This document shows, piece after piece, positions 50,732 through 61,334 of a stretch of 64,000 bases of DNA. Below the pieces are notes generated by a model. It did no database searches, was not told the DNA's origin, and saw only the letters and a program-made list of their open reading frames with translations. This stretch comes from Geosiphon pyriformis uo1. Its lineage: Eukaryota > Fungi > Glomeromycota. The stretch is from positions 328,763 to 392,762 of the forward strand of contig JAAOMT010000057.1 of the NCBI GenBank assembly GCA_016748015.1. Direction: 5' to 3'. Position 1 is the stretch's first letter; each line of letters begins with the position of its first letter. The translations under genes and the position numbers were made by a program.

Positions 50732-53700
50732 AAAAAACTTCTTTCTCTCCTTCGTCCAAAATTCCCAAAAAAGAGTCAAAAGTTTTTTTGAAAGAAGTTT
50801 TTTACCATTTAGTACGATAAATCAAAACCGTTCTTCGATTACAAGGCCACTGTTGGCTTTGTTATTGCTGTTATGAAAAAGACTGCTAAAGTTTCTGGTT
50901 CTGAGAGTGGTTTTAAAGTGGTTGCATCAAGGAAAAAGAGAAAGGGAGGTGTGTTGGCAGAGGGTGTTGATAACAGAAGGGTTGCTGCTGAAGTTCCTGG
51001 TGTTTGTTCATGGAGTTCGGAGACTGGGGACACTACTGAGTCTGAAAGTGTTGATATGGAAGAGGAGTGTCTGGTGGAGGAAACCAGCTTTGATTATGGT
51101 GAAAGTAGAGCTCTGGCTGGTGGAGATTATGATCAGATGCCCACAAGTTTGAAGGTTAAAACCAAAAAGACATTGGGCAAGCCATTGGGGAAAATTGACT
51201 TCTCAAAAGATGGTAGTGATGATGGTGTTCTCTCAGATGTTCTTCTTGAGCTCCCTCCTTCTGTGAGAAATTTGGTCAATGTTTCAGTCAGGAAATCATT
51301 CGCATTGGATATTGGCTTGGATAAAGTGGTTGGCAAATCTTCTCAGAAAAAACTTGTAGTGGTGAGGAAGTTGTTTTCTGGAATCAATGGTTTTGAGAGG
51401 GCATCTACCCCCTCAAAATTCTCAGGGATCATCAGGGCGACATTTATTTCCGAATCGAGTCTAATGAAAGCTACTGATAAAGCTGCAAATGCGAAGATCT
51501 TAGTAAACGCCAATCTCAAAAAAGCATCTGGGCGATCAGATCGGGCTGTGGTCATGAAAGAAATTCCGGTTGGAACATTGTCTGAGGCTGTGCATGCTGC
51601 ACTATCCAAGTTTGGAGTTATTAGGACGATCAAGATGCAGTTAATCGGGCTGTGGCAGAAGGCAGTGGTGGAATTTAAATGATCGGATCAGACTGATTTG
51701 GCTGCAGCTGAGTGGTCCATCTTAATCGGGAAAGATGCTGTGTGTGTGGCTAAGACTGATTCAGACAAGGAAGCATGGGATGTTAGGGACCAACATAGGA
51801 CGCTGCTCTATACATTGCTGATGGGAACCAATGCTTATGATATCTGGGACTTTGTTAGATCTGTGGGTGGGAAAATGTGCGTCATTGATCATCATTCTGT
51901 TACATATGCTCGGGCCAGGTGTGCTGTTGTTTGTTTCGACTCTGCTGAATTATTGGATGCTGCTGTGGGAACCATGCCAGTACTCAGGAACACCAATATC
52001 CGCTGGTCTTGCCTCATTTCTGCTAAATGCGCCAAGTGTGAGAAATTGGGTCACACGTCATTGGATTGTGCAGTTGGTGAGAAATTGTCTTCTAGTAGTT
52101 TACTGCGTAGGGTTTTCTCGGATACGGATAAAAGCAGGCTGGCAACTATCTATGCCAAACACTTGGCTCCAGTTGCCCGTCCAGTCTCTTTTGGTGGTCT
52201 CTCTTGGGCAAAGGTTGCTCACGGGTCTTTTTCACTCCCCCTCTCTGGTCAAAATGTTGTGGTAACAAATGGCTTCTCTTCAGAGATGAAGCCGTCCCAA
52301 CTGGTTACGATGGAAGTCAACAATAGGTTTGCCGCTCTTGAGCGCAGTCTCGCCAGCCTCGCGGAGCAAGTTAGTAAGCTGGCTAAGAGGTTGGATGCAC
52401 TCGGGCCAATGGTTTCCCAGCCTAGCCCTGGATGTCAGCCATTGGTGACCCCTTCATCACAGGATCAAGGGGCAGATGTAGTGATGAGTGAGGGTTCGAG
52501 TGTGTCCACTAGTGGTGGGAATGTCGCGGGAGTGGTGTCTTTTGATATGTCTTCGGTGTCTAAGCTAGAAGACAGCATGAAGTGTCTAATGGAAACGGTT
52601 TTGGGTCTTTTGGCCAAAGTGGACAGTTTAGGTATGCTTTCAGTATCTCTACCTCTTACTTAATGAGCAGTTTAGTCTGGAAAGTTGCTACGTGCAATGT
52701 TAGGGGCATGAACAATCCCGCTAAGCAAGAAGACATTATTAGGTGGCATAAGGAAATGAACAATTTAGTCTCTATCATTACTGAAACGAAATTAAAGAGT
52801 AGAGTTCGTCCGTGGATTGCAGACAAGTTCGACAGTGTCCGAGTGTTCACTTCTGGTTTGGACTCTGGTCACTTGGGTGTGGGTGTTGCTGTTATCATGG
52901 ACGTTTCTTTGGCTCATTATGTGTGCAAAGTTTCTGAGGTGCCTGGTCAGCTTCTTTCCATTAAATTACTTTTTAAGAGTAAACTTTCTGTGTCGATTTT
53001 GGGGCTTTATGTTGGTGCTTCTTCGGTGGTTCGGTTTTTTCAAGCTGGTGAAATCAATTCTCTCATTGCAAAGACTGTTAACGAATCTTCTTTCATCATT
53101 CTCAGTGGCGATTTTAATGAAGACGGCTCTCATAAAAGTGCAAGTTTCAAAAGATGCTTTGATTTGGGTCTGGTCAATTCTTTAGTTGACAGCCCAACTG
53201 CAAAAATGCCCACTTGGGAAAATTCTAGGGGCGTTAAGAAAACAATTGATTATGTGTTTGTCTCCTCAAGTCTTGTCAATGCGATAGTGCGTCATGAGGT
53301 TTTGAATGTTAGTGAGCATTTTGATACAGACCATCAAGCTGTTTCAGTGGATTTGGGTCTGGGTGGGCTCTTGGATACGTGTTTGAATTCTCTTCACAAG
53401 CAAGCGAATAAAGATTGTTGGAAGATTGATGTCAAAAGTGTCAATGAAGCTAAGTGGTTGGAGTTCAGAGATGCCTCAGCTGCTAATGTCTCTATGTTCT
53501 CGGATGCTTTCGGTGTGGTAGTAAAATTTTCAGATGTGGATGCTATATGGGACATTGTTTGCAAGATTATGGTTCTTTCAGCAGGTAGTACATTTAAGAA
53601 AAAATGGTTCAAAGGTTTTGATGGCGTGTCCACTAAGACTTCTTCTAAGTTTCACAAGCTGGAGCTGCTGGTTTCTAAGTTGGTTGAGGCTTTACGTTTG

Positions 53701-56700
53701 GCTTCTAGTGATGGTTTTGCTTCTTTGTTGGAGGTGTGGCACAGACTCGACTCCCCTGATGCATCGGTGGTTAAGTCTCTGTTTCTTTCAGGTTCTAATT
53801 TTGATCTTATTTGTTCTGCGCTGGCCAAAGCAAGAAAATCATACCGCTCCTTCAAATTAGTGGAATCCAAGCGCGCTGAGGAATCTTCGATCAAGCAAGC
53901 TATTGGTAAGAAAATGGAGAATTTTGAGCTGAACAAGGGTCACACCATTAGAAGTGTTTTGGAGCGTCCTCTTCGCAAGGTGATCCTGGATTATTTGGTT
54001 GTAGAAGATGAGTTGATTTTAGAGCCTGATTTGGTTAAATCTAAGATGGACGAAATTATGGAAAGATGGACCAAAAAACGTGAGGTGGTGTCTGACTTAT
54101 CTGAGGATTGGGCTCATCAATATTGGCCTCTGGATTACGTATTCGATGGTGCTTTCTCTGATGTCATGTGTTTGATTAGTTTTGATGAGTTGTTAGCTGT
54201 TGTTAAGGATCTTCCTGATAGAAAAGCGGCTGGTCTTTCTGGTATCTCCAATGAAGTATAGAAACATTGTGACAAATCTGTTTTGGATATGCTTTTGGTG
54301 CTCTTGAATTTCTGTTTGGTAGGCAAGTTGGTCCCTGGGTCTTGGAGAGAAGCTTGGGTTTTGATGATTCCTAAACCATATGAATGGGAGGGAGTTCTCA
54401 CAAACACCCATCCTATAGCTTTAATTGAAACGGCCTGCAAGATTCTCTTCAAGATCCTTTCGGATAGGATCTCTCTGGCTTGCAGCACTTTTGATGTTTT
54501 TTGTGGGGACAATTTTTTGGTTTTGAAGGGTACGATGACTCAATTTCCCATTTTTGCTATCAGTTTTGTGGTTGAGGATGCCTTGGAAAAGAACCGTGAA
54601 CTTTGGCTGGTTTTACAGGACATGCGCAAGGCTTATGACTCGGTTGGTTGGGAACATCTTAGGAAGAGTCTAGTCAGGATCAAAATGTGTGACAGGTTTA
54701 TTAGATTTTTTGGCAGTATTCACAATGGTCACGTCAACAAAGTGATGACCAACTTTTGCTTGACTGATGGGTATTGTGTCCACAATGGGCTGAATCAAGG
54801 GGAAGTTTTCTCGTCTCTTCTCTGGCGTATTTTTTATGATTCACTTTTGTGTGAAGTCAAGAGACAGGATAGTGTGTATGGCTACAGATTGAATTCTTAT
54901 TTCATATCAAGGACTGGCCAGGTGGATCCTCAAGCTGGGCTGTTTTCGTTTCTTACTGCTGGCGCTTTTGTCAATAATACTATCTGGATTGGTAGCAGCC
55001 AGGCTGCTACACAATGCATCCTTGATGTTGCTAGCAAGTTTTTTAGGTTTAATGATATTTTTATAAACAATGACAAAACGGTGGCCATCCCCATCAATTG
55101 CCGGGTGCTGGATCCTCATTTGACTATCAGTGGTGCACCTATTTCCATTGTCAAGAGAGGGGAATCTCATCGCTATTTGGGTATTTTTTTGTCTTCTGAG
55201 GGTCTTTCGAAGCCCAGCTTGGCTAAGACCCAGGCTGATATATGGTTCTTTGCGAATCTTGTTTTAAGAAAGGCAATTTCGGACAAACAGTGTGCATATT
55301 TGGTGTCTGCAGTTCTTTTCCTTATCATCAGCTACAGGACTCAGTTCAGTTTTGTTTCTGTTAGTGTTTGTAGTAAATGGGATGCTTTGGTTCGCAAGGT
55401 CTTAAAGTCTAAGTCTGGGTTGCCATGTGATTTCCCCAGTGACGCACTTCATCACTCCTCTTTGTACAATTTAAAAACTTTTGAACAGATACAGGCTGAG
55501 AGTAAATCGGCCTCCGTTGTTGCTTTTGCGAATTCTACTGGTGTCTTGGGTCACTTGTTTTTTCATAGGTCTTATGACCTCCAGGTTTTCAGCTGGCATC
55601 CTCATTATTCTTTGCTGTTTCCAGTTCGTGTTGGTATCAGTCCCTCGGATAATTTTTTGGTGGGTGTGGTTCGCATTTTTTCTGGGTGTGATTTGTCTTT
55701 GGGAGGCCCTCTGGATTGTGCTTTTCGTCATCGGTGTAATACTCCTATGTTTTTGGTCTTGGTGAATCCTGTTTTTTCAAGTGCATCTCTTCACTCAGAC
55801 GTTATAGAATTGCTTTCGTGGAACAGCTTCGTGACCGTAATGGTGATGTTTTCAGTTGGGGTACCTTCAAACGCTGGAAGAGGCTAGACCCTCGTGGCCC
55901 AGTCCCTTTTTGGTTTAATCTTTCTGTTCGCTTTCTTGGTGGTGTTGTTCCTCTCTCCTCAAGTTCTTTTTTGGTAGATGATCAAGCTGTGTCTGATATT
56001 CGTCTTTCTCATAATTTTGGTGTGATTCATGACACTTTGCCAACCATTGATGCTGCCCACCTTTCTGTGTATACGGATGGGTCTCTTTTTGGTCTGGGCA
56101 CTGCTGACATGAGAGCAGGTGCTGCCATTTTTTTTGAGGACATTAACTTGGGTTTGGGTGTTGGGGTGTCTGGTTTGGTTTCTTCTACTCTGACAGAACT
56201 GCAGGCCATAATTTTGGCCCTTGAGTGTGTTCTTTTTTCTCATTCGATTGACTTGTTCTCAGATAGCCAGGCTGCTTTAGATGCATGTAGGTCGGAGTCT
56301 TCGCTGGTTCATCCGGATTTCAGGAACTGCTGTTGGATCAAGCGTCGTCACATTGCCACCGTCATTCGTCAAAAAAATTTGGATGTGAATTGGGTTAAGG
56401 TGAAAGGTCATTCAGGTGTCTCAGACAACGAGCATGCTGATGCGCTTGCCAAGGGTGCTGCTCGCTCTGCTTGGCGCTTACCTCATTTAGTCAGTGAACG
56501 TTTTCTATGTGCTGGTGGCACGGCGGTTTCTGGTAATTCTAGACACTTTGTTCATGATGTTTTCCGGTCGTTTCACCGAGTTTGTTGGGAGATTGGAGTG
56601 AGTTCTCGTGTTATGGATGTTAGTTTGTGTGCTGATGTCAATTGGTCTATGTCTTCTATGGTGTGGCACCCCAATTCTTACTTGGCATCCAGTTTTACCA

Positions 56701-57482
56701 GCATGCACATGGTGGGATGTCGTACTTACTTTATGAAGGCTCTCTATCATCGGCTTCCTGTTGCTGTGCGCAAGCGTTTATATGATAGGAGTTACCCCAG
56801 TGTGATCTGTCTGTTTTGTGGTGATGTTGAGACCTCGGATCATGTCTTTTTGTGTCCTCAGGATGCCATTGGCTGTGCTCGTTTGTTGGGCGCACATGCT
56901 TCAACTTGGGAGGCTCTTTCTGGCCTTTCTCGCTCTTCTTCATGTGTCTTACAGGCCTTAGCTTCTTGTGTTTCTGAGGTTGGAGTTAGTGTTGCTTTGT
57001 GTAAGGGTTTTGTTTTCGATGAATGGTTTTGTGAGTCTATCTTGGTCTTTAAAGATTCTAGGGAGGGTGCTAAGAGGATTGTGAGCTTTGTGCGTGAGTT
57101 TTGTTTAGCATTTCGGGATGATGTTTGGTTGGTCCAGGCCAGACACTGAGTATTTATGGAGAAGCATGGTTTGATTCCAAGTGATGGCTCCATTCCTGCT
57201 TCGGTTTCTGGTTTGCCTAAGGTGCTTTCGGCTGGTGTGGTCAGATTGCTGGGAGTGGCTGAGGCATTTGGTGTTGGTTTTGGGTTTTGTAAATTTTGTC
57301 CATTTTTTTCAGGTATTAGAGATTTGGTTTCTGTGCATATAAGTGTATAGTGTAGTCCTGACTGGCCCGAGTGGCTGGTCACATGTAGAATGCACATGAT
57401 TCGCACCTAGTTTAGATCATTTGTATGATGTATAGCACTAGGTCGCGTTTGGACCTCACTTGTTAAAATATAAAAAAAAAAA
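50732..57482 (+). mobile_element. LINE D: full-length sister of LINE B, inactivated
   Basis: TSD AAATATTAT(A/T)ATATA (50717-50731, 57483-57497). ORF1 50873-52663 has a TGA at 51680. ORF2 52663-57350 has TAG 54259, a frameshift at ~55768, TGA 57147, and RT FVDD>FVNN. Confidence 0.97.
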
Positions 57483-57499
57483 AAATATTATTATATATA

Positions 57500-59688
57500 A
57501 TTTTTATATATATATTTAATAAGTAAAGTTTAAATATTGTTTAATATAATATATCAAACTAAATAATCTAATCTAAATGTGAATTATGTATTTAATTATA
57601 CATGACCAGTCACTCAAATTAATTAGAACAATACTATATATTTATATATACAGAGATTATGTTTTTAATACTTTAAAAAATAAACACAACTTATATATTT
57701 TAAAACTAATTCCAAAGATCTTTGTAATTTTAAGCAATTTAACTATACTATCAAATAAATCAGATAACAGATTAATAACAACTACAAGAATTGTTTTATT
57801 ATAAAATAAGATTATTTTTTTCTATAAAAATCCAATGCTTGGAATAAATAATTCAGATATCATTTTTATAATTCAATCCAAAATTATATACAAAGTTTAC
57901 AATTTTTTTACTGGCAATTTTAGTATTTTTGAAAACTAAAAAAATTTTTTGAAATCAGTCTTTGTAAACAAAGTTTTTACATAAAACAAAATACATTAAA
58001 ACATTAAAAAAACACAAAGTAAATTATTGTAAAACACATAAAAAAATTTGGATAAATTAAAAACTATCTCTTAAATAATTACATAAGTTCTTTATAAAAC
58101 TTATTATTTAATCTGCAAAAAAAACATAATCTAAAAACTCAATATCTTTACAGAATAAACACAAATACTATAATAATATTTATTATATAAATACTTATAA
58201 ACAGCTTGTAATATAAAGTTTTTGTAAAATAAAATTGTGTTCTAGCTGTAATTCTGCTTGTAAACTCTATTAACATGTAAAAATTAGTATGTTATATTAA
58301 CAATAATTTGACTTAATTCATATTTTCAAATAAGTTGGTATTTAAAACATAAGTATTAGATCCAATCTTCCAATAAACATAATGTATTATCTAAAAAATT
58401 TCACAAACAAAACATTTTGCATTTTTTAAATAACTATATTATTAGTTTTAATAAAACATTTTTATATATAAACTAAAAGCATTATATCTAAGAATAGGAT
58501 TGTATTAACCAAAACATTAGCTAATTTATTGTCCAATATACTCTAATAGTTTCTAATTTTGTGTTAATTAATACTTAAATCTTTTTTTTTATTAATATTT
58601 ACAATATATTAATGCTTAATCCAATAATAATTATGAAAATTTGGTAAAATTAAAACTAATTCTAAACAATATATATTCAAAACTATTTGGTTGTTAGAAA
58701 ATAACTCAATCATACAAGAAAAAAAAACATATTCCAAAACAAACACAATAGTCTATAACTCAGTCATAATAAAAAAAATCAATCCAAATATTTTAATATT
58801 TAAGTTTAGATTAATGTTTTTAATAAATATTATTGTATTAGCTTTTATCATAAAAGTACTTAAATTGTTAAGAAAATTATTAGTATAAACAAAAAAACAA
58901 GCTGTATTAAAATTTAACAATTGATTACAAACTATATTAAACTTATATATACCAAAAATATTTAGAAACTAAAAGTTAATAATTAAAAAAACAAAAAATT
59001 AATCTATTTTAAAAACTTAATAGCAGATTTAAATCAAACTAAAACAGAATTCTAAGAGTTCAACTTTTTCTAATGTTTAAAAGTCTTTTAATTAAAAAAA
59101 TCACATTTTTTATTATGTAATTGTTTAATAAAAACATCATTAAATTATTTAAGCAAGTAAAACACTTTAAAGAAAACAGAACTTTTTAAAACAATTAATA
59201 TTGAAATTTTATTTTGAAAGTAAAAAGCCAAATACAAAAAATTAACCAAAAACAAATTATAATTATAAAAAATATGAACTACATTAGTTAAAAAATTGTT
59301 TAATAAGCTGATTTTAAAATAAATCAAATAGCAAAAAGAGTAATAAAAGACTAACTCAACACTTGTAAGTTTAAGGACTTATAAGTAAACAAATAACTCA
59401 GAATATCATATGTATTAAAAAAATTCAACATAAAAAATAACTTGTTTTTAATTTGTATTTGTTCAAAAATTTTTAGGCCATATAATAAAAAATAATAAAT
59501 TACATTATTTAAAAAATCTAAAGGCAAATAAAATTTAAATTTCAAGTCTTTACAAATTATAATATCTCATTTATTGTATATTCTATTAAAAATAAAACTA
59601 AATTGAATCTTATAGCTAATGATTAAGTAAAATACTGTTAAGATTAAATATAAAAACTGTTTGTTAGAAATAGTTTTCTTTAAATTTT
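57500..59688 (-). mobile_element. Extremely AT-eroded 3' half of a LINE
   Basis: 3'UTR remnant ACATGACCAGTCACTC at ~57600. Translations KKTISNKQFLYLILTVFYLIISYKIQFSF and LYGLKIFEQIQ match ORF2. Confidence 0.85.
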
Positions 59689-60274
59689 TGTTAGTATTAT
59701 TTATATAAAAAAACCAATTCAAAATTGTTAAAAAAAACGTAATTAATATATAATAATATAAAAAAACAGAATAATATAAAATAATACAAAATAATATAAA
59801 ATAATTCAAGATAATATAAGATAATACACAATAATGTAAAATAGCACAGAATAATTAATTATAACATAAAATAACTAGTTATAGTGTAAAAAAAACAAAG
59901 CAAGAATAAAAATAGTAAATAATAATTAGTAATAATAAACAATTAGAAACAATTTTATAAAACTAGAAATATATATAAAAATAAGTAGTTTTAGCAAAAA
60001 AAAAATACAGATAGCAAATAAAAATTATTTTTCTTTTTATATCTTAACTTTAATCTAAATTAATTTTATTTAATATATATATTTGTAAACCAATTTAATA
60101 AAAAACCTTATTATTTAATTTATTTATTTATAATCTCTATATTTTAAATAATAAAATCAAATTAATTGTCTTCTTTACTTTTGTTTTAAACCAGATACTA
60201 TTAATATAAACAGTTTTAGAATTCTAATAATTTGAATTAATTGCTCTTAATTATAATAATTAATAATACTAATT

Positions 60275-60318
<44 letters not shown>

Positions 60319-60383
60319 CTGTTTTTTTTTATTTTTGTTTTTCTTTTTTTATCTTGATTTTTTTTTTCTTTTTTACAGAATGA
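59689..60383 (+). repeat. Eroded partial LTR of an older element, containing a long poly(T)
   Basis: Starts TGTTAG where LINE homology stops. Has 10-bp tandem repeats and a TATATAAA motif. 60239-60280 resembles LTR segment 60720-60760. Confidence 0.55.
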
Positions 60384-61334
60384 TGTTACTCATAGAAAAA
60401 GCATACAAGAAAATAGTAGGAAAAAACAGATAAACCAATAAGAGAATAGTAGTTAATATGTGAGCACATTGCTTAGCAATATAGAGCATTATAAAAAATT
60501 ACAGCACATTGCTTGAAAATGTGAATGATCTCATAGAAATCAAATTATGTATATATAGCAAGAGCATTAGAAGCAGAAAAGAAAAAATCAATATCCAAAA
60601 CATTCTATTAAGACATTTTAGTTAAAATTATCAATAAAATAATTATTTACTATCTAAATCACTTTCCTTATTATTAACACTTCATGTTAATAGTATCTAA
60701 TACTTAACTACACTAGAACAATAGCTCTTGATCATGGTTATTGATGAGATACTAACTCTTTTTTGCCTTGGCTTATTTTTTTTATTTTCTTTTATTTTTT
60801 TTCTTTCTTTTGTTGATTTACTAAATTGATTAAGAATTAATGCATGGAGTTATTAACATCAAAGTAATTGGTAAAAGATTCAGGAATAAGGGTAGAATAC
60901 TCAAAAATTGAGGATAGCTTACTAAAAAAATTACTGGCCATTACACTAAAAAAGAAATTTGACAGAATTGTAATTCCAAGAAGCAATAAATAAAACCATT
61001 ATTAAATCTCTGTCTATTATACAAAAGACTTCACAAAACCTTGAGATCATCAAAATCTTTAGATATTACCAACACCATCAGCTATTGAGCATCAAAATAT
61101 GAGTTTGTTAATTGGTTCAAGACCCTAAATATTATTTGTAACATTTGGTGCTCTCTGTAAATATAATCCTATAGAGAACCAGCATCAGTAATCATTATCC
61201 AAAACAATGACAGAATCAGAAAAAATAGAAACAAACCACTTGGGATTTGTGAAATTCTTATTCCAGTATTACAAAAGTCATATTAGATCAACAAATAATA
61301 ATTGGTCAGCAGAATTAGCTTTTAATTGTTACAT
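60384..61334 (+). mobile_element. 5' LTR (60384-61143), PBS and gag start of a Gypsy-family element, interrupted at 61335
   Basis: TGTTACTCATAG..TGTAACA; PBS TGGTGCTCTCTGT at 61146; MTESEKIETNHLGFVK at 61207. Confidence 0.9.

Noticed and set aside
33006-57406. Antisense and alternative-frame ORFs recurring in LINEs B and D
   Set aside because: The recurrence reflects near-identical DNA. They have no motifs and are not evidently kept in A or C.
32897-57482. Head-to-tail LINE array as a telomeric HeT-A/TART-like system or tandem duplication
   Set aside because: Each copy has its own TSD and an unrelated spacer, and no telomeric repeats are seen.
60277-60318. Poly(T) as the tail of a minus-strand retrocopy
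   Set aside because: It sits at the position of the T-rich tract found in related LTRs, and no LINE 3'UTR is adjacent.
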